From: an uncultured delta proteobacterium
GTDB taxonomy: Bacteria; Myxococcota_A; UBA9160; SZUA-336
Length of the DNA: 64,000 bases
Assembly: GCA_963704165.1 (NCBI GenBank)
Contig: CAVPHD010000009.1
Coordinates: 192,001 to 256,000 of the forward strand
Direction: 5' to 3'
Made by a program: the position numbers and the translations under genes. The stretch's first letter is position 1, and each line of letters starts with the position of its first letter. Below are positions 1-9,123 of this stretch, piece after piece. The notes below the pieces were generated by a model. It was not told where the DNA came from. It did no database searches and saw only the letters and a program-made list of their open reading frames with translations.

Positions 1-359
1 AGCGACCTCACGACGCCGCCGGCGCGCTTCGCTCCGGGATCGGCTTCACCGATCTGGTCAAACGTGTGACACCGAGGGCGAGCGCGATCTCGGCGCGCGA
101 GTACGCGCGCGGTGCCGAGCGTCTCGAGCGCCTGATCCGAACCTGGGAGCCGCGCGCGCTGCTTTTCGTCGGTCTCGATGGCTTCCGCCGCGCCCTGGAC
201 CCGTCGGCGCGGCCCGGCGTTCTTCGCGGCGGCTTCGCGGGCCGACCCGCCTACCTGATGCCCTCGAGCTCGGGGCGAAACGCTTCGAACTCGATCGCCG
301 AGATCGCGGCGCACATGCGCCGTGCGCTGCGGTTGACGCGAGTTCGCACATCCGGCTGA
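1..359 (+). CDS. mug: Mismatch-specific (G/U) uracil-DNA glycosylase, Mug/TDG family, 5'-truncated by window edge
   Basis: Frame 3 reads ...SGIGFTDLVKRVTPRAS...LFVG...AYLMPSSSGRNA, matching Mug-type motifs (G-x-T-x-L-V-x-R-x-T, P-S-S-S-G-x-N). Confidence 0.8.
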   Translation, partial: RPHDAAGALRSGIGFTDLVKRVTPRASAISAREYARGAERLERLIRTWEPRALLFVGLDGFRRALDPSARPGVLRGGFAGRPAYLMPSSSGRNASNSIAEIAAHMRRALRLTRVRTSG

Positions 360-372
360 ATCGGGAGCTTCC

Positions 373-471
373 GGAAGCGCGAGGCAGGCTGGTGCCGCCC
401 TTGGACTTCAAATCCAATGGGGGGTCCGTACACGGGTCCTCGGCGGGTTCGATTCCCGTGCGTTTCCGCCA
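373..471 (+). tRNA. selC: tRNA-Sec (UCA)
   Basis: 8-bp acceptor stem GGAAGCGC/GCGTTTCC, 5-bp T stem with TTCGATT loop, anticodon arm TTGGA-CT-TCA-AA-TCCAA (anticodon 408-410), 9-bp variable arm, G discriminator, encoded CCA. Confidence 0.96.
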
Positions 472-496
472 CGATCTCCCTCGCTATACTCGGCGC

Positions 497-805
497 ATGG
501 CATTTCACATCCACTTTCGGGACACACCGCACTCGGACCATCTGCGCAGCGAGTGCGAGAGTTGGGGCGCGGCGCTGCGCAGCGAGTTCCCCGAGACGTC
601 ACGCGTCGAGGTCACCGTCTCGCACGACGGCGACGACCACGAAGTCCACGTTCACGTCACCGGGAAGCAGGTCGACGTCGCGTCGAGCGCAAAGAGCCGT
701 GATTCGGTGTTCGCGTCGGCACGCGACGCCTTCGACAAGCTTCACGTTCAGCTTCGCAAGCACCACGACAAGCAGATCTTTCAGCACCGCCGCGACAAGA
801 CCTGA
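497..805 (+). CDS. HPF/RaiA family ribosome-associated protein (short form)
   Basis: MAFHIHFRDTPHSDHLRSEC...VEVTVS...VASSA..DSVFASARDAFDKLHVQLRKHHDK fits the HPF/S30EA pattern; TATACT 6 nt upstream of ATG 497. Confidence 0.8.
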   Translation: MAFHIHFRDTPHSDHLRSECESWGAALRSEFPETSRVEVTVSHDGDDHEVHVHVTGKQVDVASSAKSRDSVFASARDAFDKLHVQLRKHHDKQIFQHRRDKT

Positions 806-828
806 CCGGGCGCGACGCCGCTTCGCGC

Positions 829-1191
829 TCAGGCGATGATGAAGTGGATCTTCAGGGCGAGGTACATCGAACCCTGGAAGCGGAGCTTCCCCTTCATCAC
901 CGCGGTCGGCGCCTTGATCTCGCCCGCGTTCAGCATGCGCCACGTCTCGAGGTCGAGCGTGAGCACGAGGTCGGGCGCGTCGAGCCGGCCCTCGCCCCCG
1001 CGGATGCTCCCGTCGGAAAGCTCGAGGAAGAACGGGCCGCCGCCATCGCCGGTGAGCTCGAACTGGATCCGCGAATTCAGACCCGCGATCTTCGCGCGGC
1101 GCTCCGGGTCCGAGTTCACCGCTCCGGGAGCCCAGCTTCGAAAGAAGTCGACCGGGGCGATGTCTTCGGGCGGACGCGCGCGCTCAGTCAC
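829..1191 (-). CDS. SCP2 sterol-binding domain protein
   Basis: IQFELTGDGGG.F...G.....PDLVLTL......L.AGEI....AVMKGKLRFQGSM pattern; GTG start 6 nt after TAGAAT. Confidence 0.88.
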   Translation of the reverse strand: MTERARPPEDIAPVDFFRSWAPGAVNSDPERRAKIAGLNSRIQFELTGDGGGPFFLELSDGSIRGGEGRLDAPDLVLTLDLETWRMLNAGEIKAPTAVMKGKLRFQGSMYLALKIHFIIA

Positions 1192-1200
1192 GCGCAAATT

Positions 1201-2475
1201 CTATCGCGTGTCTCCGTCCAGAGGGGTGCGGCCGAGGCCGCTCGGCGTCGCGCCGCCCCGCCCCAGGTAGAAGCCCTGCCCGAACTCGATGCCGAGCGAG
1301 CGAATCGTCGCGAGCTCCTGAGCGGTCTCGATGCCCTCGGCGATCACGTTCGCACCCATCTTCGCGGCGAGCGACTGAAGACCGCGAAGCACTTCCTGCT
1401 TCTCGGGGCTGTCTTCGATGCTGCGCACGAGCGACATGTCGATCTTCAGGAAGTCGGGCTGGAGCTCGAGCGCAGCCTCGAGACTCGAGAAGCCGGCCCC
1501 GGTGTCGTCGAGCGCGATCCGGAATCCCAGCCCCGAGAAGTAGTCGATCGCCTCGCGAAAGATCGGGAAGTTGGCGATCGCCTGGCGCTCGGAGATCTCG
1601 AGCACGAGATTTCTCGGACCGAGTCCGAGCCCGGCGAGCGTTTCGCGGACGTTCGCGGCCTGGAAGTCGGGATCCTGAATGCAGGTCGGCAGGATGTTGA
1701 GAAAGAGCAGCTGGTCCCCATCGATGCCGCGAGCGTTCGCGAGCGCGCGTCTGCGACACAAGCTGTCGAGTTCGTACTCGCGGTCGAAGAGCTCGGCCGT
1801 GGCGAAGAGCGCGCCCGGCGACTCGAGGCTCGTTCCGCTCGGGCCGCGCGAGAGCGCCTCGAATCCGAGGATGGCGTCCGTCGGAAGCCGCACGATCGGC
1901 TCGAAGACGGTCGTCACGGCCTGCTCGAGCAGGATCCTCTCGAGCATGCCCGCGCGATCTCGCCGGGTGTGCTCCTGTTCGAAGCGGGCATCCTCGAGCG
2001 TGATCTCGACGAGGTGGCGAAGCTGTGCCTCGGCGCGTTGGAACGGCCGGTGCAGCACGAAGCCCGTGCCGACCGCGAGCTCCGGCACGCCGTGCAGGTA
2101 CGGATAGACGACACGCTTCAACCCTTGCGCGGTCCACGCTCGAAGCTCGGCCGCGAGGCGAGGCAGGTCGTGCAGGAAGAAATCCGCATCGCTGCGCAGC
2201 CGCGGCATGAACACCAGGAGCTGCTCCTCCTCGAGCGCGCCCGAGGTGAGAATCATCTCGTCACCGACGTCTTCGGACACGAGTGCGGCCACGCGTTCGC
2301 TGAACGCCTTGATCACGCCGCGGAACACGCGGGGTCCGTGCAGCCGGTCGATCGCGAGCAGAGGAGATGCGTCGACCAGGAGCAGCCCGAGCGCGCCCTC
2401 CTTGACCAATCCACCGCAGATCTCGGAGAGACGTTCGCCGAGCGACGCCATGGGACGGGTACCGTATGGAGCCAT
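1201..2475 (-). CDS. EAL-domain c-di-GMP phosphodiesterase with degenerate GGDEF-like N-terminus
   Basis: FEALSR, LFLN, LEISE, ALDDTGAGFSSL, LKID, AEGIE, GQGF motifs intact; N-terminal half GGDEF-like without the GGDEF motif; start could be 2451. Confidence 0.9.
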   Translation of the reverse strand: MAPYGTRPMASLGERLSEICGGLVKEGALGLLLVDASPLLAIDRLHGPRVFRGVIKAFSERVAALVSEDVGDEMILTSGALEEEQLLVFMPRLRSDADFFLHDLPRLAAELRAWTAQGLKRVVYPYLHGVPELAVGTGFVLHRPFQRAEAQLRHLVEITLEDARFEQEHTRRDRAGMLERILLEQAVTTVFEPIVRLPTDAILGFEALSRGPSGTSLESPGALFATAELFDREYELDSLCRRRALANARGIDGDQLLFLNILPTCIQDPDFQAANVRETLAGLGLGPRNLVLEISERQAIANFPIFREAIDYFSGLGFRIALDDTGAGFSSLEAALELQPDFLKIDMSLVRSIEDSPEKQEVLRGLQSLAAKMGANVIAEGIETAQELATIRSLGIEFGQGFYLGRGGATPSGLGRTPLDGDTR

Positions 2476-2555
2476 CAGCTACGCTCCACTCCGGGACTCG
2501 GCATCTGCGTCGTCGTCCGACAAGGGCACTTCGCGAAACCGCTGCATCCTCGAAT

Positions 2556-2583
2556 GGATCGACCATCTGCTGCCGCGGCTTGA
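2556..2583 (-). promoter_or_regulatory. Putative sigma28/FliA-like promoter of the EAL gene
   Basis: TCAAG-N15-GTCGATCC on the minus strand, about 80 nt upstream of the ATG. Confidence 0.5.
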
Positions 2584-2614
2584 CGCAAGGATCGTTGCCG
2601 ACGCGCGGGAGTCG

Positions 2615-2788
2615 CTAGTCGATCTCGTGGTGAATCAGCTCGTACAGCACGGTGAGCGTGATGTGATTCTCCGACTCACTCTGAACGACTTGCACGACTT
2701 GGCACGCCGTGGTCTCGAGGAACTTGTTGAGCTCTTCCTCGAGCTCTTTGGGCAAGCCACGAAAGACCCGACAGCGCAGCGACTGCAT
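2615..2788 (-). CDS. Small 57-aa protein, Cse60/DUF2758-like
   Basis: GGAGG SD, ATG 2788; MQSLRCRVFRGLPKELEEELNKFLETTACQVVQVVQSESENHITLTVLYE has the beta-alpha(LEEELNxFL)-beta-beta pattern of Cse60. Confidence 0.65.
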   Translation of the reverse strand: MQSLRCRVFRGLPKELEEELNKFLETTACQVVQVVQSESENHITLTVLYELIHHEID

Positions 2789-2813
2789 GCACCATACCTC
2801 CGCGGAAGGGAAC

Positions 2814-3962
2814 TCAGCTCCGCGACACTTCCGGATCGACCGCAAGCGTCCAGGCCTCGATCCCTCCGGTAAGATTTTCGACGTTGCGAAAGCCATTCGA
2901 GCGCAGCAGCTGACACGCCCGCCGGCTTCGCCCCCCACTCTTGCAGTGGACCACGATCGGTCGCTCACGATACCGCTCGAGCTCCGGAAGCGATGCCTCC
3001 AGACTGCCGAGCGGAATGAGACGCGCCTCGGGAATCCTCGAGAGATCGGCTTCGAACGGCTCGCGAACGTCGAGCAGCAGCAGGTCGTCAGCCGCGTCGA
3101 GACGCGCGCGCAGCGCGATCGGCGAGATCTCGGGAACCTCGTCCGCGCTCGCGTCGTCGGGGCGCCCGGCGCAGAAGGCCGCGTAGTCGATCGGTGTCGT
3201 GATCGTCGGCTTCTCGCCGCAGACCGCGCAGGCGGGATCCTTCGGCACACGGAAGCGACGAAACTCCATTCCGAGCGCGTCGTAGACGAGCAAGCGACCG
3301 ATCAGCGGCTCACCCGCTCCGAGCAGAAGCTTCAGCGCCTCCGTCGCCTGAAGCATCCCGATCACGCCCGGCAGAACGCCCAGGACTCCCGCCTCGGCGC
3401 AGTTGGGCGCGAGCTCGGGTGGCGGCGGCTCGGCGAACAGGCAGCGGTAACAGGGTCCGGTTCGCGCGTCGAAGACGGACACCTGTCCCTCGAACTTCAT
3501 CACGCTGCCGTAGACGAGCGGCTTGCCGAGCCAGACGCAGAGGTCATTCGTGAGATAGCGGCTCGGGAACGTGTCGGTGCCGTCGAGCACGACGTCGTAG
3601 TCGGCGATCAGTTCGCGCGCGTTGGACGCTTCGAGCTTCAGCGGATGCACCTGCACGTCGACGTCGGGATTCAGCGCACGAAGGCGCGTCGCGGCAACGG
3701 ACACTTTCGGCTCGCCCACATCGCGCGTGCCGTACAGGATCTGCCGCTGCAGGTTCGAGGCATCGACGCGGTCGAAGTCCACGAGGCCGAGCCGACCGAC
3801 GCCCGCGGCCGCCAGGTACAGGGCCGCGGGTGAGCCCAGCCCCCCCGCGCCGACGACCAGCACGCTCGACGCGAGCAGCTTCTCCTGGCCCTCGACCCCG
3901 ACGCCGTCGAGCAGCAGATGCCGCTTGTAGCGCTCGAGCTGCGCGGGTGCGAGCGGACTCAT
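2814..3962 (-). CDS. moeB: Molybdopterin-synthase adenylyltransferase MoeB with C-terminal rhodanese domain (MoeZ/MOCS3-like)
   Basis: RYxRH, GAGGLG, SNLQRQ, two CxxC (CYRC, CAVC), NCAEAGVLG, rhodanese HCKSGGRS. Confidence 0.95.
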   Translation of the reverse strand: MSPLAPAQLERYKRHLLLDGVGVEGQEKLLASSVLVVGAGGLGSPAALYLAAAGVGRLGLVDFDRVDASNLQRQILYGTRDVGEPKVSVAATRLRALNPDVDVQVHPLKLEASNARELIADYDVVLDGTDTFPSRYLTNDLCVWLGKPLVYGSVMKFEGQVSVFDARTGPCYRCLFAEPPPPELAPNCAEAGVLGVLPGVIGMLQATEALKLLLGAGEPLIGRLLVYDALGMEFRRFRVPKDPACAVCGEKPTITTPIDYAAFCAGRPDDASADEVPEISPIALRARLDAADDLLLLDVREPFEADLSRIPEARLIPLGSLEASLPELERYRERPIVVHCKSGGRSRRACQLLRSNGFRNVENLTGGIEAWTLAVDPEVSRS

Positions 3963-4008
3963 GAACCCGAGGTTAGCACCCTGCTCCGGGCGCCGAAAAC
4001 GCGCGCGA

Positions 4009-6129
4009 TTACGCGTCCGGAGCCTTCGAGAGATGCAGCGCGATCGTCTCGAGCAGGATCACGCGCTCGATCGGCTTGGTCGCGAACGCGTCGCAGCCCG
4101 CTTCGAGGCAGCGCTGCCGCTCGGACGGAAGCGCGTGCGCGGTCAGCGCGATGATCGGTCCGGTATAGCCACTCGCGCGCAGCCGGCGTGTCGCTTCGTA
4201 GCCGTCGAGAACCGGCATCTGCACGTCCATCAGGATCACCCGGAACGGACTGCCTTCCTCGACGGCGGCGAGCGCGAGCTCGACACCGACCTCGCCGTTG
4301 TCCGCGGTCGTCACGTCGAAGCCAGCGCGCTCGAGGACGTGACGGATCACGCGTTGGTTGTCGAGTCCGTCCTCGACCATCAGGACGCGTCCGCTCGCGC
4401 GCAGCGTCGACAGCGCACGGCGCATGCGCCCGGTGCTCGGGGTATCCGATTCCAGCACGTTGCTCTCGCCCGTCGTCTCGTTCACAGGATGCCCCGGAAC
4501 GCGGACGGTGAACTCGCTTCCCTGCCCGACCACGCTCGTCGCCGTGATCCCGCCGCCGAGCAGCTCGACGATGCGCTTGGTGATCGCGAGTCCGAGTCCG
4601 GTGCCGCCGAATCGCCGCGTCATCGAGCTGTCGCCCTGGCGGAACGGCTCGAAGATCTCGACGAGCGCTTCCTGGGAGATGCCGATCCCGGTGTCTTTGA
4701 CGATGAACTCGAGCGTTCGATCCTCTTGGTCGTAGCGCACCTTCACTCGGACCTCGCCCGCCGCCGTGAACTTCACGGCGTTCCCGACCAGGTTCAGCAG
4801 GACCTGCCGCAGGCGAACCGGATCCGAGATGAGCCGGTCGGGGATCGGGCCGTCGAGATCGAGCAGGAGCCGGACGCGCTTCTCGTTCGCGCGGTTGCGG
4901 AGCAGGTCGACGACATCGCCGAGGATCCGGGCCGGCGCACATGGCACCTCTTCGATTTCGAGCCGGTTCGCCTCGAACTTCGCGAAGTCGAGGATGTCAT
5001 TCAGGATCTCGAGGAGGTAGGCGCCGTTGCGACGGATCGTCCGGAGCGCGTCGCGACGCTCGATCTCGGTCGTCGCCTCGTCCTCGAGGAGGATGTCGGT
5101 GAAACCGAGGATCGCCGTCATTGGCGTTCGGATCTCGTGACTCATGTTGGCGAGGAACTCGGTCTTCGCCGCGGCCGCCTGCTCGGCCTTTCGCCGAGCA
5201 CGCTCGAGATCCGCGTTCGCGCGCTCGAGCGCGCGTGCGTAGCCGCGCAGACGTTGCTCCTCCCGACGACGCCGCTCGATGTCGCGGAGTACGACCGTGT
5301 GCAGGCGTTTGCCCGCCAGCTCGAACGAGCCGATCGTGACCGACACCGGAACGGTCGTGCCATCGGGAGCATGGGCGGTGAGCTCGAGCTGCGCTCCGGA
5401 ATCGAACGCGGAGTTCGCATCACCGCAGCCGATCTCGCGCACCGCGCTCTCGAGCGCCGGCAGGAGCTCCGAAAGCGCGGAACCCGCGAGCCAGGCCGGA
5501 TCGGTCCGGAAGAGCGCGCAGGCCGAAGCGTTGTGGAAGGCGACGGTACCGTCGCTGCGGACCACCACCATCGCATCGCTCATCGATTCGAGAATCCCGC
5601 GAGTCAGCGCTTCGCTCTCCTCGAGCTCCGCGGCGAAGCGCATCTGCATCAGCTCGGTCGCCGCGCGCGCTGCGCTGCTGCGAAGGATCGCGGCGTCGTC
5701 CGCCGCCGCGGGCAGTCGGCCGTCGTGCATGGCGCTCAGCACGCCGATCACCTGGCCGTCGGCGGCGAAGACGACCGCCCCGGCATAGCCGCGAATGCCC
5801 TGCTCGCGCAAGACCGCGTCGTCGGGGAAGACCTCCTGGACTCGATCGCGGAAGACGGCGAACTCCGCACCGATCGCGTCGGCACAGGCGCTGCCGACGA
5901 GCGGATACCGGTGTCCGGACGTGACCCTCGTACCGTCCCAGAACGCGATGGTCTCGAGCTGGTCGTCATCCTGCAGGACCGAGAAGCGCGCGAACCGCGT
6001 TCCAAGCGCCTGGGCCAGCCCCTTCACCAGCGCCGGAAATAGAGCCTTGCCGCGCGCTTGCGAGGTGTCCTCGAGAAGCACACGAATGCGCTGCTCCGCC
6101 TTCCCGTCGGCTGCGGTTCGTTGTCTCAT
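4009..6129 (-). CDS. Hybrid sensor histidine kinase (GAF-PAS-HisKA-HATPase-REC)
   Basis: FLANMSHEIRTPM, NLVGNAVKFT, DTGIG, GGTGLGL, receiver LMDVQMP...KP. Confidence 0.95.
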   Translation of the reverse strand: MRQRTAADGKAEQRIRVLLEDTSQARGKALFPALVKGLAQALGTRFARFSVLQDDDQLETIAFWDGTRVTSGHRYPLVGSACADAIGAEFAVFRDRVQEVFPDDAVLREQGIRGYAGAVVFAADGQVIGVLSAMHDGRLPAAADDAAILRSSAARAATELMQMRFAAELEESEALTRGILESMSDAMVVVRSDGTVAFHNASACALFRTDPAWLAGSALSELLPALESAVREIGCGDANSAFDSGAQLELTAHAPDGTTVPVSVTIGSFELAGKRLHTVVLRDIERRRREEQRLRGYARALERANADLERARRKAEQAAAAKTEFLANMSHEIRTPMTAILGFTDILLEDEATTEIERRDALRTIRRNGAYLLEILNDILDFAKFEANRLEIEEVPCAPARILGDVVDLLRNRANEKRVRLLLDLDGPIPDRLISDPVRLRQVLLNLVGNAVKFTAAGEVRVKVRYDQEDRTLEFIVKDTGIGISQEALVEIFEPFRQGDSSMTRRFGGTGLGLAITKRIVELLGGGITATSVVGQGSEFTVRVPGHPVNETTGESNVLESDTPSTGRMRRALSTLRASGRVLMVEDGLDNQRVIRHVLERAGFDVTTADNGEVGVELALAAVEEGSPFRVILMDVQMPVLDGYEATRRLRASGYTGPIIALTAHALPSERQRCLEAGCDAFATKPIERVILLETIALHLSKAPDA

Positions 6130-6304
6130 TCGTATCGTTCCGCCAGAGATCTAGTTCGGTCGGCGGCGATCGCCGCTGAACGCCACGGCCCTCCCGAACT
6201 CCGGCGTCGGCACGGAGGGCGAGCCGGTGCATCGCTGACCCAGTTGGCGCGGCGGCGTGACACGGGGCGACGAGCGTGCGGTCTCGACTCGCGAAGGTCG
6301 CGTT

Positions 6305-6387
6305 TGCCGGAGGCGGGAATCGAACCCGCACGCCTTTTGGGCACGCGATTTTGAGTCGCGCGCGTCTGCCAGTTCCGCCACTCCGGC
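6305..6387 (-). tRNA. tRNA-Leu (CAA)
   Basis: GCCGGAGTGGCGGAACTGGCAGACGCGCGCGACT-CAA-AATCGCG...GGTTCGATTCCCGCCTCCGGCA; long variable arm; CCA not encoded. Confidence 0.95.
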
Positions 6388-6460
6388 CGGGCGCGCAGTC
6401 TAGCGCATCGCCTGCTTGACCCTCTCCCCCCTCGCGGGTAGCCTCCGCCGCGACCGACGT

Positions 6461-6536
6461 GGGGCTGTAGCTCAGCTGGGAGAGCGCCTGAATGGCATTC
6501 AGGAGGTCGGCGGTTCGATCCCGCTCAGCTCCACCA
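6461..6536 (+). tRNA. tRNA-Ala (GGC)
   Basis: GGGGCTGTAGCTCAGCTGGGAGAGCGCCTGAAT-GGC-ATTCAGG...GGTTCGATCCCGCTCAGCTCCACCA with G3-U70. Confidence 0.97.
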
Positions 6537-6626
6537 TCGGCCGAGCGACTCGCTGACACGGTCCGATGCCCCGCGCATACTTCGAGAATGCGCGCGCGCC
6601 ATCTGACGGAGCCGAGGTAGCCGCGG

Positions 6627-7343
6627 ATGTGCGGGCGGTACACGCTGCACACCGAGAAGGAAGCGCTGGCTGCGCGCTTCGACTTCGATCCCGACGACCT
6701 CGAGGCGCTCGCACCTCGCTACAACCTGGCACCTACACAGAATGCGGTCACCGTGCGAACCGATCGGGGCGGCCGCGTGGGCTCGTTCATGCGCTGGGGA
6801 CTCGTGCCGTCCTGGGCCAAGGCGCTGTCGGGGCTGCCGCAGATGATCAATGCGCGTGTCGAGGGCGTCGAGACCAAGCCCTCGTTCCGGGTGCCGTTCC
6901 GCCGCCAGCGCTGCCTGATCCCCGCCGACGGCTTCTACGAGTGGCAGGCGCCGATCCCGCCGGCGAAGCGGAAGATCCCGCACCTGATCGGGCTCGCGAG
7001 CGGAGAGGTCTTCGCGATGGCCGGGCTCTGGTCGGTCTGGCAGCCAAAGGGCGTCGAGGACACCGACCCGCTCTACTCGTGCGCGATCCTGACCACCGCA
7101 GCGAACGACGCCGTGCGCGGGATCCACGCGCGCATGCCGGTCATCCTGCCGCGCATGTCCGAGTCCGCTTGGCTCGACCCCGAGCTCGACGGGAACGTCG
7201 AGGCGTTGCTCGCCCTGCTCGCGCCGATCGACGCCGCCGAACTGCGCGCGCATCCGATCTCGACGCGCGTGAACTCGGTGAGAAACGACGATCCCTCGCT
7301 GCTCGCGCTCGCGACGGACGACCCGCAGCTCGGCTTTCTCTAG
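6627..7343 (+). CDS. SOS response-associated peptidase (SRAP/YedK/HMCES abasic-site protection protein)
   Basis: N-terminal MCGRY, RYNLAPTQ, INARxE, RCLIPADGFYEW, IHARMPVIL. Confidence 0.95.
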   Translation: MCGRYTLHTEKEALAARFDFDPDDLEALAPRYNLAPTQNAVTVRTDRGGRVGSFMRWGLVPSWAKALSGLPQMINARVEGVETKPSFRVPFRRQRCLIPADGFYEWQAPIPPAKRKIPHLIGLASGEVFAMAGLWSVWQPKGVEDTDPLYSCAILTTAANDAVRGIHARMPVILPRMSESAWLDPELDGNVEALLALLAPIDAAELRAHPISTRVNSVRNDDPSLLALATDDPQLGFL

Positions 7344-8332
7344 CGCGCGGCCTCGTCCACCTGCAGCACGACCTTGCCGAAGTGCGCGCTCGATTCGACC
7401 CGGTCGTGCGCGGCCTGCGCGTCGCGGAGCGGCAGGACCCGGTCGACGATCGGGCGCAGCGCGCCGCGCTCGAGCGCCGCGCCGAAGCGCGCGAGGAATC
7501 CGCGCACGAGCTCGGCCTTCTCGGCGACGGGACGCGCGCGCAGCGTCGAGCCGATGATCGAGAGGCGCTTCGCGAGCAGGATGCCGAGGTTGAGCTCGGC
7601 CTTGGCGCCCCCCATGAGCCCGATCAGCACGAGTCGGCCGCCGACGCAAAGGCACGTCAGGTGCTGCGAGAGGTACGGCGCGCCGATCGAGTCGAGAACG
7701 ACGTCGACTCCCTGGCCTCCGGTCTTCTCCAGAACCGCGGGCGCGAACTCGCCCTTCGAGTAGTCGAGCGCGACGTCGGCGCCGAGCTCGCGGCAGCGCG
7801 CGCACTTGGCCTCGCTTCCGGCGGTGACGATCGAGCGCACGCCCGCCTCGCGGAGCAGCTGGATCGCGGCGGTGCCGATGCCGCTGCCCCCGCCGTGCAC
7901 CAGCGCCCAGCCGCCGGCGGACGCCTGGGCGAGCTGGAACAAGTTCAAGTGACAGGTGAGGAAGACTTCGGGAATGGCTGCAGCTTCGACCAGGGAAATG
8001 CCCGAAGGCACAGGCATCACCGAGCCTGCGTCGACGCAGGCCTCTTCCGCGTAGCCTCCGCCCGCGAGCAGCGCCATGACCCTTGAGCCGGGGGCGAAGC
8101 TCCGGACCCCGCTCGCGACCTCGAGCACGGTCCCGGCGCACTCGAGCCCGAGCACGGGGGACGCGCCGGGCGGCGGCGGGTAGAGCCCGCGTCGCTGCAT
8201 CAGGTCGGCGCGATTCACGGCGCTCGCCGCGATCGCGATGCGCAGCTCGCCGGGGCGGAGCTCCGGACGCGGGGCTTCGCCGAGCACGAGCCTGGACGAC
8301 TTGCCCTCGCCCTCGATCACGATCGCCTTCAC
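7340..8332 (-). CDS. NAD(P)H-quinone oxidoreductase, PIG3 family
   Basis: VNRADLMQRRGLYPPPPGAS, GGGYAE, HGGGSGIGT, GSTLRAR. Confidence 0.93.
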   Translation of the reverse strand: MKAIVIEGEGKSSRLVLGEAPRPELRPGELRIAIAASAVNRADLMQRRGLYPPPPGASPVLGLECAGTVLEVASGVRSFAPGSRVMALLAGGGYAEEACVDAGSVMPVPSGISLVEAAAIPEVFLTCHLNLFQLAQASAGGWALVHGGGSGIGTAAIQLLREAGVRSIVTAGSEAKCARCRELGADVALDYSKGEFAPAVLEKTGGQGVDVVLDSIGAPYLSQHLTCLCVGGRLVLIGLMGGAKAELNLGILLAKRLSIIGSTLRARPVAEKAELVRGFLARFGAALERGALRPIVDRVLPLRDAQAAHDRVESSAHFGKVVLQVDEAAR

Positions 8333-8378
8333 TCCGGTCCCTCCCGCAACGCGGAGCCGACATTACTATCCTGCCCGC

Positions 8379-9101
8379 ATGCGCGCGATCGAACTTCTCG
8401 GACGCCACTGGCCGGAGCTCGGCCCGCTCGCGCTCGTCGAACTCGACGGCGGCGGCGCGCTCGCCCTCTCCCGCGGCGCCGAGCCGAAGACCTACGCCTA
8501 CAAGGATCCGAACGAGGACGCCGCGCTTCTCGTCCGGCTGCCCGAAGGCGTGCTGCTCGCGGTCGCCGACGGCTTCAACGGTGTCGAGGCGGCGGAGCGG
8601 GTCATCGCGAGGGCGCGCGCGCTTGCGGAGCCGCTCGTGCTCGCGAGTGGCGACGCGTTCTGCGCGAAGGTCCTCGAGCTGCTCGAAGACGTGCGCAGCC
8701 GGCTTCCGAGCGGCAGCGAGTCGAGGTCCTGCCTCGTGCTCGCCGCCCTGCGCGGGACGAACTGCGAGCTGGCGAGCTTCGGTGACGCGTTCGCGTTCCG
8801 CGCCGGCTCCCCGCTCCCGCTGATGGCGCCGAACACGATTCTCGTCGGCAGCGAACGCGGTCCGCACGGAATCTCTCCGGCCCGCTGGTACACGCGCTTC
8901 GAGCGCGCGCCTCGCGAGCGGGTCGCGCTCGTCTCGGACGGCGTGATCAACTTCACGCCCGACCCGTCGCTGATCCCGGGCTCGCTCGCCGGCTTCGCGA
9001 CGGATCTCGAGTGCGCGCGTGAGCTCGCGCTCGCGGCGCTTCGCGCGGGTGCCGCCGACAACATCTCGGTCGCAGCGTTTGCGGGCGACGCCGGCCTGTG
9101 A
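8379..9101 (+). CDS. PP2C-type protein phosphatase domain protein
   Basis: PNEDA, AVADGFNG, FGD, LVSDGV, DNISV metal-binding motifs. Confidence 0.8.
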   Translation: MRAIELLGRHWPELGPLALVELDGGGALALSRGAEPKTYAYKDPNEDAALLVRLPEGVLLAVADGFNGVEAAERVIARARALAEPLVLASGDAFCAKVLELLEDVRSRLPSGSESRSCLVLAALRGTNCELASFGDAFAFRAGSPLPLMAPNTILVGSERGPHGISPARWYTRFERAPRERVALVSDGVINFTPDPSLIPGSLAGFATDLECARELALAALRAGAADNISVAAFAGDAGL

Positions 9102-9123
9102 GAGCTTCGTCCGGGGAGTCGTG

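Noticed and set aside
2789..2816. UGA readthrough (selenocysteine) of moeB or other TGA-ending genes
   Set aside because: The stops fall at normal family C-termini, the downstream frames are not protein-like, and no SECIS-like hairpin was evident
472..6304. Genomic island between tRNA-Sec and tRNA-Leu
   Set aside because: No att repeats or mobility genes; codon style matches the core genes
6537..7343. SRAP gene right after tRNA-Ala as a sign of an integrated element
   Set aside because: No integrase, no duplicated tRNA 3' end that I could find, and no obvious compositional shift
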